From positions 72,354,001 to 72,418,000 of the forward strand of contig NC_043006.1 of the NCBI RefSeq assembly GCF_006345805.1: a DNA stretch of 64,000 nucleotides. Reading direction: 5' to 3'. The notes below the pieces were generated by a model. It saw nothing but the letters and a program-made list of their open reading frames with translations, did not search any database and had not been told where the DNA came from. Shown piece by piece: positions 35,737 through 48,496 of the stretch. A program made the translations under genes and the position numbers. Source of the stretch: Octopus sinensis. Taxonomy: Eukaryota. Numbering within the stretch: the first letter of the stretch is position 1; each line of letters begins with the position of its first letter.

Positions 35737-36219
35737 TGTGTATATATATATATATAATGAAAGGTATAATGAATAAATGCTCCAATTGGTCAAAGCAGCT
35801 TTATAACATTCCCATATTATCATAAATCGAACACAAATATATATCAAAACATCAAGGCATCCAATGATAAAACCCAGTAGTATAAAATATACACATATAT
35901 ATGAATACAAGGTGATAAAACCTAAAAGGGTAATACAAGTGGAACGAAGAAAAGTATATGGATTAAATTAATGCATAATAAAAGCAACTAAAAATTTAAG
36001 GCAATAAAACTAAAATAATATAAATTAAGAGCAAAGTAGTAACCAGAGATGAGTCCATTCAAATCCATCTCTACGATCATTTCAAAAGATAAAGTAAGGC
36101 AACATCTTTTGAAATGATCGTAGAAATGGATTTGAATGGACTCTTGGGAGCGTTTATTCATTATACCTTCCATTTTATATATATATATATACACACACAC
36201 ACATAATACTATACATATT

Positions 36220-36625
36220 ACACATCATCGTTTAACATCCGCTTTCCATGCTAGCATGGGTTTGACGATTTGACTTAGGACTGGTGAACCAGATGGCTGC
36301 ACCAGTCTCCAATCTTGATCTGGCAGAATTTCTACAGCTGGATGCCCTTCCTAATGCCAACCACCCCGAGAGTGTAGTGGGTGCTTTTATGTGCCACTGG
36401 CACGAGGGCCAGACAGGCGGTACTGGCAACGGCCACGAAAAAATCGTGTTTTTTAACGTTACACCGGCACAAGTGCCTGTAAGGCGATGCTGGTAACGAT
36501 CACACTTGAATGGTGGTTTTTAAGTGCCACCAGCATGAATGCCAGTTAGCCACTCTAGCAACGATCACACTCAGATGGTGCTCTTAGTGCTCCACTAGCA
36601 CGGATGCCAGTCATCAAATTTGAGT
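36220..36625 (-). mobile_element. RTE-tail element (family C)
   Basis: CATCATCGTTTAACATCCGCTTTCCATGCTAGCATGGG...; near-identical to 9755-10160. Confidence 0.9.
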
Positions 36626-37174
36626 GTTTGTGTACAATCACACACTATACTATACATACTATGTAGTTTTATATCAAATGTACTAATATACTAAATGTAT
36701 GCATACTTAGTAATGCTCAGTATGACAATTACAATTATTCAAAGCTTGTAATCCTTTACAAAACTATTATTTTCGTGCTTACATACTTTTCCTTTCACAT
36801 TCTGTGATTTTATGTCAATGTCCTAAAAGGTATTCACACTATCTGACAATGATGACATTTAAGTTGACGTCAGAGAAATTGAGATAAACCTCAAAGTAAC
36901 TGACATTAACAGGGCACAAAATTGAAACTGATAATGACGAGTTTGACGTTGATGTTGACAGGACTGAGGTTATCAATGACGAATATGAAGGGAGGGGCAT
37001 ATAATATAGAACATATATCCTTTCAACAAGATGGGATGGTGTTATAAATGAAATTTTTACTGGCCAGTCATTTTGCAGTGTTACTTATTTATAAATGGCA
37101 CATATTGTTGTTGAGAGAGAATCCAACTCATGCCAGTATGGAAAACGGATGCATGACGATGATGTTGATATATA

Positions 37175-37900
37175 TCATCATCATCATTTAGCATCCATGT
37201 TCCAAACTGGCATATGTTGGATAACTTGACAGGATCTGACAAGAGAGGTATCAAGCTCCAATATCTATTTTGGTATGGTTTCTACAGCTGGATGCCCTTC
37301 TTAACACCTACCATTTTACAGACTCTATTAGGTGTTTCTTTCATGTCACTAACACAAGTGAGATTGCCAAGTATCTTGCAAGACAAGATCCCTTGATTTG
37401 TAGGGCATATAGTATTGAAGCGGGTAGCTTGTGCCAAGTGTTGAGAGGCAAGGGTATGATAGAGGGATCAGAATAGGAGTCTTGATGTAGAGGAGATACA
37501 TGGCTGCCCCAGCTGAAAATGGAGAGATAATGGGGGTGAGGTTTGTCAGGACATTTTGTAACAGCACAAAAGGGTGAATGTGGGAAGATAGAGATAGATG
37601 AACAGGAGGAAACAGTGTAAGTTCAAAAGAGTTTGGGGTGAGTAACAAATGGTTGGAGATAAAGAGTATAAGGTTATAGGCATGCAGTGAATGACAAGCA
37701 GGTAAGTGGTGAAAATCAGCTTGGGGGAAGGTGAGGGATATAGGAGTGGGTCATAAGGGAAGAGATAAAATGGTAGTACAAAAAGAGGGAGGTGGAGAAG
37801 AGCATGAACTGCAAGGAAGAGATGTTTAGCAACAAGTGATATAAGGTATGTTAGTATGAATACCAAGAATGAAAATGATGAACATGGGTGGAGTAAACGA
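37175..37900 (-). mobile_element. RTE-tail element with purine-rich 3' UTR segment
   Basis: CATCATCATTTAGCATCCATGTTCC...CTACAGCTGGATGCCCTTC followed by a GA-rich tract; tail-to-tail with a plus-strand tail fragment at about 37120-37170. Confidence 0.7.
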
Positions 37901-38016
37901 TGACGGATATAGGACAGTGTTCAACAATGTTATTTTGTAATATTGAAAATGCAAGGTGGGTGACATGGAGAGGTGCCTAGTAGCACAAAAGTGTAGGGGA
38001 TGGAATATGTGAATCT

Positions 38017-38254
38017 CAGCTTGGCAGAATCATTAGCACGCTGGGAAAACTGCTTATGCTTAACAGCATTTTGTCTTTATGTTCTGAGTTCAAATTCCAC
38101 AGTGATCGACTTTGCCTTTCATCCTTTCAGGGTCGATGAAATAAGTACCAGTTACGCAATGGAGTCGCTGTAATCGGCTAGCCCCCTCCCCCAAAGTTTC
38201 AGGTCTTGTGCCCACAGTAGAAAGGATTGTTATTATTATTATTATTATTATTAT
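38017..38254 (+). mobile_element. SINE family B
   Basis: GGCAGAATCATTAGCACGCTGGG...GTTCAAATTCC...GACTTTGCCTTTCATCCTTTCAGGGTCGATGAAATAAGTACCAG; (TTA)n tail. Confidence 0.85.
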
Positions 38255-38273
38255 AGCAGCTGAAATAGTACTG

Positions 38274-38697
38274 AGATCTTTTCGGTTTGAGCGGCAGTTT
38301 TTTTAAATAATTTCCACGTAACTAAACACTTTTAAACTTCGTATACTGGTAGAATGTGTTTATAAAACATCTTTTTCTTTTGGGTTTATTGAGAAAATTC
38401 TATAGTCTGTAAGATATTTGGTTTTTTTTCTTCAATTTCTGCAATTTCAACCAATCAATGACGTCTATTGAGGTAAAAAAAAAAAAAAACATGCTGTGCC
38501 GTATGAATATGTCCCTCGTTTAAGAAACAGATTGGGTTTATTCACATTTCTGAAGAAAAAAAAGATACCCTTCCCTCCACCCCTAACCCTAAAACAGATT
38601 GAAATGCTAATTTCAGGTTGATACTAGGGTCATAATTATGGGTGACACTTTCATATGACACAGCTAGAAAAAACTGCCGTTCAAACCGAAAAGATCC
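38274..38697. mobile_element. Non-autonomous DNA transposon (424 bp) with about 29-bp TIRs and an 8-bp TSD
   Basis: TIRs (A/G)GATCTTTTCGGTTTGA(G/A)CGGCAGTTTTT; TSD TAGTACTG at 38266-38273 and 38698-38705. Superfamily (Merlin/hAT/P) unresolved. Confidence 0.9.
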
Positions 38698-38705
38698 TAG
38701 TACTG

Positions 38706-40600
38706 TAGTTAGAAGAGTGATGGAGGGACGGGAGGTGGGAAATAGGTTGTGGGGAATTACTTAACCTCGCTTTTGGGTGGACAGGTCTTTTCTGGCACAG
38801 CGGAGAAATCACGTTAACACCTTCACCTCAAAGATATTTTGCTTTCAAAATGAAATATCTCTAAGTATGGCAATTATAAACAACTGGTTCCCCCACTCAA
38901 ATGTCACACGAAGTCATATTATAGCTTAAAACATGAAAAACTTTAGCTTCATTTTAATAATGCTCTGACAGATGCAAGTTTTATGGCGATCCTAGAGCTA
39001 TAAAATAATAGAACAAGCAGCAGACAGCGCAGTTGTTAGGTATGACCTGGGTCACAGCTGGTCAAATTTTATCAAAGGTAAGCTAAGCAGTGTTTATCGT
39101 TGGTACATTAATTCAGTATATATTTAATAACACGTAACTCTTGAGATCGTCTATCGAAATCAGCTCCAATTTCGTGCTGAAAGAGAGAGGGGGGAGGAGG
39201 GTTTAATGAATAAATCAGGGATTGACTATCTGAAATATTCTCTTACGGAATAGATTTTCCTAAATATCTCTTGAAAATATAATCTAATCTATTAGAACTG
39301 TTTGGTATGAATTTTCCTTTTAAAAATGACAAAATAAGTAAAAAAAAAATTTTTTTTTTTTTTTTAATGAAAATCACACCGTAAACAAGAAAATAGAGGA
39401 TAAAATTTGCCGATAGAAACTGAGATAATTAAGGGGAAAGAGAAGAATATTAGATGAGAGAAAATTTTTACATCACGGTGGGAAGAAAAAAATAATTACT
39501 GAACTGATTAACTTGCAGTTTACTAGTACTACTGCTATTATTATTATTTACTACGCTGACAGCAAACAGGAGAGAAGTATTGAAGTAGTAGTAGTAATGA
39601 CCGCCAGTCACTACTACGCCAGACACTGCCTCATTGATGGAAAAAAAAAAATCTAAATCAATGTGTAGGTTTGGAGTTTAAGAACTCTGGAACGTTCAGA
39701 GACTGAAGGGGAAAACTGAAAATCAAAATGAATTACTGTAAATAAGTGGGGGGAAAGGACGGTAGCATAGTTTCCTGGCAGCTGATTGGCTAAAAATATT
39801 GGTCAGTAAGTCAAATAACTAGCAGGAGCTTTAGCATTAATGGTGGCTGCTAACACTAACATGAATGAATCAACAAGGATTTACAAATCAACCTGTAGTT
39901 GAAAGTATCACAAGGTATCCACTTCAGACAACAGCTCTGTCATATAATAAATTTAGAGTAATAAAACTATCAAACGATAGAATGTTTCCCTCTTTGCTCA
40001 ACTCTACAGGCACAGAATGCGATAGGAAGGAGTGGAAACGAGTGATAAGAGAATAGATTTTTCACCATATAATTTAAGCTACAGTTTTCATTTATTTTAA
40101 TTACAATTCAGTTGCAAATTTATTTCAGTTTTAGTTAACACTGAATCAGACTTTAATTCTTCTACATAAATTATGTATAGTATTATATAGCAGAATATTT
40201 TAAGACTGTCAATAAGAACGTGATAATGTTGAGTAATTAGCGTTGCCAAGAAAAAAAAAGGTAATTACAATTGTTTGTGTGATTATAAAGAACAAGTCAA
40301 ATCTTAAACGGGAAGACGATATGGTTGAGGCGGGGTCGATAGTTAGAAGAGTTCGGGGAATGAAAGAGGAGCTGGAAACCAATGTATTGATATATCGAGG
40401 GGAGTAGGGAGTCTTTCAGTTCAGTTTGAGTAAACTGGAAGTCCATGTTGCTGAGGTGAGTGACGGAGAGATTGGAATCAGCATGGGTGCTGATACTGGA
40501 TATCAGAATAAAGTTGAAATATATGGTACAAAGCGAAAGGACTGAGCAAATTCCCAATGATTTCCTAATTATCAAATAACTAATGTCTTACAAATATAAC
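38706..40600. promoter_or_regulatory. TE-free, CpG-retaining island with promoter-like motifs inside the Bcl-2-like intron
   Basis: Roughly 30 CpG in 1.9 kb by eye, versus under 20 in 18.0-23.4 kb; paired ATTGG (reverse CCAAT) at about 39785 and 39798; plus-strand donor-like AAG|GTAAGC (39078) and CA|GTAAGT (39806). Confidence 0.35.
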
Positions 40601-40640
40601 TTTTCTCTTTTTGTGTTCAAGCCATTATTTTCTACAAATT

Positions 40641-41112
40641 AATAATGGTTTCAAATTTTGGCACAAGGCCAGCAAGCTCGGGTGAGAGAGTAAGTCAATT
40701 AAATCGGCCCCATTGCTCAACTGGTACTAATTTTAGTATTTGAAATGGATGAAAGGCAAAGTTGACCTCAGTGACATTTGAGTTCAGAACGTAATGATGA
40801 ATGAAATGCTGCTAAGCAGTTTACCTTGTGCGCAAACGATTCTACCACCTCACCATCCTTTTCTATAATTTAATAGTGAATATATATATATATTTCTTTA
40901 TTGTCCACAAGGGGCTAAACATAGAGGGGACAGACAAGGGGATTAAGTAGATTACATCGATCCCAGTGCGTAACTGGCACTTAATTTATCGACCCCGAAA
41001 GGATAAAAGGCAAAGTTGACCTCGGCGGAATTTGAACCCAGAACGTAACAGCAGAAGAAATACAGCTACGCATTTCGCCTGGTGTGCTAACGAATCTGCC
41101 AGCTCGCCGCCA
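40641..41112 (-). mobile_element. Two adjacent SINE family B copies (older 40641-40855, younger 40893-41112)
   Basis: Both contain GAAAGGCAAAGTTGACCTC...AGAACGTAA; the younger copy retains CpGs. Confidence 0.85.
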
Positions 41113-41120
41113 TATATTCA

Positions 41121-41156
<36 letters not shown>

Positions 41157-41904
41157 GAGATAAAAAGGGAAATAGAAAAACTATATCCAGATATATTCTA
41201 CATCTGATCATAAAGATTTTGTTCTGATACAACAGGCTTCCACAGTTTCCATCAACCTGATTCACTCACAAGGCATTGGTCAGCTTCTTAACCACACAGC
41301 CACATCTGCACCTAACTGTGGTTAAAAACAGGAAGGAACTGAAAGTTAATGCAAATATGAATTACAAAACAAAAAAATCTCATTAATTGCATCACATGCC
41401 CACGATGCAATGAGAATTATATTGGCCAAAGGAGATCAAAATTAATATGCTGGGTTAGAGTACATAAACAACAAATCAAACATTCACCTCTTAGAAATGC
41501 TCCCTAGAGTGAACATCTAGACATTTTCACAAATGGAAAATTGAAAATTTTTTCTACAAGCGAAGTAGCTATTTCGAAAATCTCTATAAGAGATGAAAGT
41601 AGTAACTATACTGGGAAGTAATGTTTATCACCATATCAATATGGTCATTCCATAGGAATCGGTGTTACTACTGTTTTTAACCATGGGAGGATTCTCCTCC
41701 AGTTGGTTATCAATGCAATCTGCACTTGATATATATAGCAAGCATGAAAGTGAATCCCTATCATCCTCTAGCAGACAACAGAATCACCAGACCTTACGTG
41801 GGGGAACACCAATCCACTAGAGATAGCAGTAATTCACTCCAGCTCACAATATATAGAAAACCAAGCGACAATCAGTCACTGATCTTGCAACAAGTAAAGT
41901 AGCG

Positions 41905-42668
41905 CAAATAGATATTGAAAGCATAGTTGTTAGAATAAGAAAGGGCTGTGCAAAGCATAGAGAACTTCAACCTCTGTTGGTAACTAAGGGGCTCTCCCTC
42001 AGAGTGAAAGGCAGGTTGTATGATGCCTGTGTAGGAACAGCTATGTTACATGGCAGTGAAACATGGGATCTGACAACAGAGGACTTGTGAAGGCTTGGAA
42101 GAAATGAAGCTGGCATGCTCCACTGGATGGGTAGTACCAGTGTGCATGCACAACGGAGTGTAAATGATTTAAGAGGAAAACTGGGTATAAAGAGGCATCA
42201 GATGTTGTGTGCAAGAGAGAAGACTGTACTGGTTTGGTCATGTGATGCATATGGATGAGGACAGCTGCTTAAAGAAATGCAGATCTCTGATTGTGGAGTG
42301 AATCTATTGAAAGGAGTAAACCCACGAAGATGTGGGACCAGGAGCTGTGGCAATTTGCTGTGCTTCAGAAGATGTGTCAAGCTAAGTAAAATTGAAGTCA
42401 TCCATACATACAAGCTTGTCCTTTACAAGCACAGGTGTAGCGTAAAATGCATTCCTGCCAGTGCTCTGTAAACGCACCTGTGCTGGTGGCATGTAAAATG
42501 CACGAAGCACACTCTGTAAAATGGTTGGCATTAGGAAGGGCATCCAGTCATAGAAACCATGCCAAAACAGACAACTTGGGTCTGGACATCTCCCCAGTTG
42601 GTCAACTCCTGTCAAACCGTCCAATCCATACCAGCATGGAAAATGAACATTAAACAATGATGATGATA
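41905..42668 (+). mobile_element. RTE LINE 3' end
   Basis: ESIVVRIRKG...LVTKGLSLRVKGRLYDACVGTAMLHGSETW...LYWFGHVMHMDEDSCLKKC, followed by the family C tail. Confidence 0.9.
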
Positions 42669-43370
42669 TATAATGTGTGTGTGTGTATGCATGTTTTCTA
42701 TTTTTAATTATATGGAGTTTTTCTATACAGAAAGAAATGGTTTCTAACAAAGATACAAAGCTTCGTCTCTGGAATGTAGATAACAATAAAAATCCATATT
42801 CAACTTGAGAAAAGACTTGCATATTTTTACTGTCTCATTTGTGTGTGTGTATGTGTATAAAGGAAGCATGTAGGTTTATAGGATGTACACAGGACAGCTA
42901 AAAGTCTTGGCTAAGTTATTTTGGTATGAATTTTATTGTATACTATAATACTAGTTACTTGGCTGGCTGCCTTTATTTTGTCCAATTCCAGACAATTTTA
43001 TACAGTGTCTCATCTACTGGAAATAGAATATGTTGTGGTGTTAATTTTTCAGTATATTTTCTTTTCTCTTTTTTTTTTTTTTTAGTATATTTAGTATTTT
43101 ACTCTAAGTCTGATTTAATATATTAAACTGCTTCAATAAACATGAACTCTAATGGGGAATATTTGTGGTGAATGGTGAGAAAAAAATAGTTTCACAGCAA
43201 GTGTTAAGAAAAATACTGAGCTAGTTTACCCCCAACAGAGTAGTGGTTCTGAACCATTTTTTACCTATGGACCTCTTTGATTCATATTTTTATCTACCTA
43301 TAATCCTTGAATATGTTTATAATTAGATATTACTGAGAATTGTATTTAAAAAAATTAAAATAATTTATGT

Positions 43371-43750
43371 AAGTGTGACTGTGTAGTAAGGAACTTGCTT
43401 CCCAACCACATGGTTCCGGGTTCAATCCCACTGCATGGCCCTTTGGGCAAATGTCTTCTACTATAGCCTCAGGCTGACTAAAGCCTTGTGAGTGAATTTG
43501 GTATGTCAGATATATGCGCACACGTGTGTGTATGTGTGATGTCTGTCTTTCCTTCCATCACTGCTTGACAACTGGTATTGGTGTGTTTATGTCCCTGTAA
43601 TTTAGTGGTTCACCAAAAGAGACCAATAGAACAACTACTAGGTCTAAAAACAGTCACAGGGTTGATTCATTCAACTAAAACTCTTCAAGGCAGTGCTCCA
43701 GCATAGCCACAGCCAAATGACTGAAACAAGTAAAAAAAATAAATAAAAGA
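43371..43750 (+). mobile_element. SINE family A
   Basis: Matches 15572-15965 along its length. Confidence 0.85.
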
Positions 43751-44401
43751 ATTCCAGAAGTATAACCAATTTATTGCACGTAAATATTAATAACAGCATC
43801 TTATATGGACCCCTATTGAGAACCACAGCCATAGAAGATTGTGAATTTTTTTAATACTTAGTATACAGCATTAGTTTTCAAGCTTGAACTCTGTATTAGT
43901 GCACTAAACTACCGAAAGAAAATGATATCAGCTAATTCCTTTCTGGCCTGTAATCTAGGATAATAAATACAAGACAGAAAGGTAGTAAAAGTTAATTATT
44001 TTGTCCTCAGAGAATTTTTGAAACCTTATAATGGCAAGCAATAAACTGAAATAATTGGAAATATCTTGTAATGTCCTAAGTTGTTCTTGTAACAATAAAC
44101 TAATGAGTATTTGACCATGACAGGAAACAAAATGATTTCAGTCCTGATATTATCTTTCATACTTGGAAAGGTGAAATAAGAAGCAGTTGTAAACTGAGAT
44201 TCATTTCACTATATTCTGTTTTCTATTAAACTGCATCCAGTAAAGGAAGAGAAAAAAAGACATATATGACAATGATAATTGATATACATGACCATCATTC
44301 AGTCTCCATTTTCCATGTGCTGGCATGGGTTGGATGGTTTGACAGGATCTGTTGAACAGCAGGATTTCACTGAGATCCAGTGTCAACTTTGGTATCATTT
44401 C

Positions 44402-44820
44402 TTATTTCTTTATTGCCCACAAGGGCTAAACATAGAGGGGACACACAAGGACAGACAAAGGAATTAAGTCGATTACATCGACCCCAGTACGTAACTGGTA
44501 CTTAATTTATCGACCCCGAAAGGATGAAAGGCAAAGTCGACCTCGGTGGAATTTGAACTCAGAACGTAACGGCAGACGAAATACCTATTTCTTTATTACC
44601 CGCAAGGGGCTAAACATAGAGGGGACACACAAGGACAGACATAGGTATTAAGTCGATTATATCGACTCCAGTGTGTAACTGGTACTTAATTTATTGACCC
44701 CGAAAGGATGAAAGGCAAAGTCGACCTCGGCGGAATTTGAACTCAGAACGTAACGGCAGACAAAATACCACTAAGCATTTCGCTCGGTGTGCTAACGTTT
44801 CTGCCAGCTTGCCGCCTTAT
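44402..44820 (-). mobile_element. Head-to-tail SINE family B dimer, inserted as one unit into a family C element
   Basis: 15-bp TSD CTTTGGTATCATTTC (44387-44401 and 44821-44835); internal junction GACGAAATACC|TATTTCTTTATT at about 44585. Confidence 0.9.
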
Positions 44821-45547
44821 CTTTGGTATCATTTCTATGGCTGGATGCTTTTCCTAGCACCAACCACTTAACAATATGTCTGAGTGTTTTTTTGTTTTTT
44901 TTACTTGGCAACAGCATGAGTGAGGAAGCTAAGTAACTTGCAAGACAGGAATTTAAAAAATTTGGGGGAAAAGGAAAATAAAAAAGCTCTTGTTACTAAG
45001 TGGGAGAGGGGAATTTGAGAGGGAGAGGTAGTGTTATGTCAGGTGTTGAAAGGCTAAAAAAGTATAAAAGAGGGACAAGTATAGAAGTCTTGCTAAAGAA
45101 GAGATACATGGCTACTCCACATTATATAACAGTGGATAGGAGTAGTTGGGAAAATCAAGTAGTCTTCTGAAAAATCATGTAACATTTTAAAATTTTAACC
45201 AATAATAATACAGTTAAAAGTAGTTGTCCTAAGTTTAATCTTCTAAGAATTTCAACAATTTGCTTTTCAAAAGTTGGGTGCTGCCACATCATTACTGCTC
45301 TTGCCCTCTGGATGGAAAAAAAAAGTTTCAAACACCCCAGGTGGCTAAAGTTACTTGACTGAGCAAGGACTAAAACGCTTATATGAAGAAATGGACTAAT
45401 ATAGGCAGCTTTTACATGTCTCAACAATTTTTTTTTAAATACTAAAGCAACAATGATTGACAGAAAATGAAAGAACATCAGAATGAATGTTGGCTTCCAG
45501 ACTTTGGATCAATTACCAACAGTTCCAATAGCACCAAAAATTCTAAG

Positions 45548-45658
45548 CAACATTTTAATTACTATTTAGATTATAAAAGTTACCAACAGTTTAATTACTA
45601 TTTAGATAATGAAGGATACCAACAATTTAATTACTATTTAGATTCTGAAGAATGGTAC
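45548..45658. repeat. 36-bp tandem repeat, 3 copies
   Basis: CAACA(T/G/A)TTTAATTACTATTTAGAT... repeated with period 36. Confidence 0.85.
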
Positions 45659-46859
45659 TAACAAGTATTTAATTTATCTATTTCCTTTGTATCTTTAAGA
45701 TGTTTGTCAGGTTGGCACTTTAATGAACAGGTCAATGAGTTTAAAGTTTCAAAAACAATGGTGAGTATGTAGGTAATTAATTGATTAATAGTAGGTATTC
45801 TATCAGTTTCTAAAGGTTTGGAAAACAGCCAACAAATTGGTAACAAACAATACAAAGAAGCAAAACTCTATTTTATATTTTACATACAGCTTGCATTGTG
45901 ATACAATCTCTTCATCAGCTGTTGACTGGAGACGATAATGATTTCAACAACTACGATAGTATTGATCCCTCTAGTTGTGCCAAGCAGCATTGGTGCTACT
46001 AAGAAATAGCTGGGTTCTTTTAGCCCACTTGTAGCATGCTTTCCCCCACTCCATTATCCATGTAGCCACCTTATCAAACTATGTAGTCATTATTTTGTTT
46101 AATCACGAGCTGAACATTTGCTCTTTGTTCTTACAAGTATCTGTCATATCCATGACAAATCATTTTCTGCTCCCCACTCCGGTTCCTGGAATCACTGTTC
46201 CAATGTACTTATTAAGTCCTATGCCATGAGATATGTTCTAAATAGATTCAGCAAAGTTCACGAGTTGAATTTAGAAAAAGACTTTATACAAATAAATCTA
46301 GTACTACCATACTATTGCTGTGGCAGTTTCTGCTGCTACAATTACTACTACTACTACTAGCACCACCAGTGATAGTAACTGTGATAGTAGTAATAACAGT
46401 GTAGACAAAACAACATAAGATAAACTAGAGAACTAAGGCCTATGATACTGACTCAGCAAATCTAAAATAAACATAAATACATGACATCATAATCATTTGA
46501 TTTTTCCTCTCTTTTTCTTTTATTCTGGAATTGAACCTGATTCTTGTACAATTAACCTTTCAACACTAATCTACCAAGGTAACCAGGAATGGTTACCATG
46601 ATACAGACTTCCTATTTTAAAGGGATCTTAATTAAAACCTTCCATCCAGCTTAATAATGACAAAGTGGTTTTAATAAATTCTTCACTATTTTCAAAATTA
46701 ATTGAAACAAAGTCTGCATATTTAAACAAGGTAGCAAAAGAGTTAAACTTTAAATAGGCAAAGTATTGTTTTTGACTGCTTTAGTATAAACACTTAAGGA
46801 TCAGGCAGAACGTGTGGTAATGGGGCCTTATTTATATCTAAAATTTCTCTTCCCACTAT

Positions 46860-47160
46860 AGGTACAGGTGTGGCTGTGTAGTAAGAGGCTTCCTTACCAA
46901 CCACATGGTTCCGGGTTTAGTCCCACTGCATGGCACCTTGGGCAAGTGTGTTCTACCAAAGCCTTGTGAGTGGATTTGGTAGACATAAATTGAAAGAAAC
47001 CTGTCAAATATATGTATATGTGTGTGTCTGTGTTTGTTACCCACCACTTCTTAACAAGTGGTGCTGGTGTGTTTATGTCCCGATAACTTAGCAGTTCAGG
47101 AAAAGAGACTGATAGAATAATCACCAGGCTTTAAAAGGTAAAAAAGGGAATAAGTACTGG
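46860..47160 (+). mobile_element. SINE family A
   Basis: tRNA-like head plus GCACCTTGGGCAAGTGT; 3' part truncated by an RTE fragment. Confidence 0.8.
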
Positions 47161-47164
47161 GGTT

Positions 47165-47795
47165 GTGACCCAGGATGACATGGGACAAGGTGGTGAAGCA
47201 TGATCTTCAAGTGCTGGGCCTCAGGGAAGCAATGCCAAGTTACTGAGACCTTTGACAATATGCAGTGTTTGAGAAGACTGTCAAGCCAAGTGAGATCATA
47301 ATAGTAGATGATGCCGGTGTCATGTAACTGGCATGTAAAAAGCACCCTTCAAATGTTGGACAGTATGCTGTACTTAAGAGCTGTCAAGTCAAGTGAAATC
47401 ATAGTCATGGTTGATGCCAGTGCCATCTGACTGGCACCTGTGTCAGTTGTACATAAAAAGCACAGTTTGAGCATTGGGTTTCATGGAGGCAGTGACAGGT
47501 GACTAACACCTTTGGCAATATACTGTGCTTGTGAAGACTTGTCAAACCAAGTGAGATTGTAGTTGTAGCTGATGCTGGTGTCACATCAATGGTACTTGTG
47601 CTGGTGTCACGTCAGTGGCACGTAAAATGCACACACTACACTCTTGGAGTGGTTGGCATTAGGAAGGGCATCCAGCCATAGAAACCATACCAAATCAGAT
47701 TGGAACCTGGTGCTGCTCCCTAGCTAACCAGTTTTCAGTCAAATCATCCAACCCACGCCAGCATGGGAAATGGTCATTACATGATGTTGATGATT
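47165..47795 (+). mobile_element. RTE LINE 3' end with tail
   Basis: PRMTWDKVVKHDLQVLGLREAM, followed by the family C 3' UTR. Confidence 0.8.
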
Positions 47796-48272
47796 CGTTC
47801 AACTAAAATTCCTCAAGGTGATGCCTCAGCATGGCCACAGTCTAATGACTGAAACAAGTAAAATATAGAAAAAATATACACTAGATATAACCACCACTGC
47901 TAAAATAAGGCCATCATCGTCATTTCACATCTACTCTCCATACTGGCATGGGTTGGATGGTTTGTCAGAGTCTAAATTAATTCTTATTTGAAATTATTGC
48001 CCTCCTGGATAGATTGGGAGTCACATCTCTCTCACACATCTCCATTTTTGGACACCAACCACATGAAACTAAAGAGTCCTCTCTATCCTATGTTGTCTCC
48101 ATTCAATTGTTTGTTTGCCAACCACTTTACAGAGTTTATTGGATACATTTTGTCACAGCACCAACACTAGAAAGATTGACTTGTCCTCAGCATGACTAAA
48201 GGAATCTTCTCTACCCTACAATATCACTATTTACTCACCAACCAAAACAAAACTGTTACATAATGAACATAA

Positions 48273-48496
48273 AGGGACAGATGTGGCTGTTGTGCTAAGA
48301 AACTTGCTTCCCAGCTACATGATTCCAGGTTCAGACCCACTGCATGGCACCTTGGGCAAGTGTCTCCTACTATACCCTCAGGCTGACCAAAGCCTTGTGA
48401 GTAGATATGGTAGACAGAAACTGAAAGAAGACTGTCATATATGTGTGTATGTGTGTGCGTTTCTTTGTGTTTATCCCACCACTACCACTTGACAAT
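48273..48496 (+). mobile_element. SINE family A, 5' part
   Basis: GTGGCTGTTGTGCTAAGAAACTTGCTTCCC...CACCTTGGGCAAGTGTC. Confidence 0.8.

Noticed and set aside
38581-38592. CCCTAACCCTAA as interstitial telomeric repeat
   Set aside because: Only two units, internal to a transposon.
40297-40575. 92-aa minus-strand ORF as the missing Bcl-2 first exon
   Set aside because: No BH4/BH3/BH1 (NWGR) motif and no GGW-donor end.
42575-42605. AACTGGGGAGAT (NWGD) on the minus strand as BH1
   Set aside because: Lies within an RTE 3' UTR repeat and is not NWGR.
45548-45658. 36-bp repeats as a CRISPR-like array
   Set aside because: Contiguous units with no unique spacers, in eukaryotic DNA with no cas genes.
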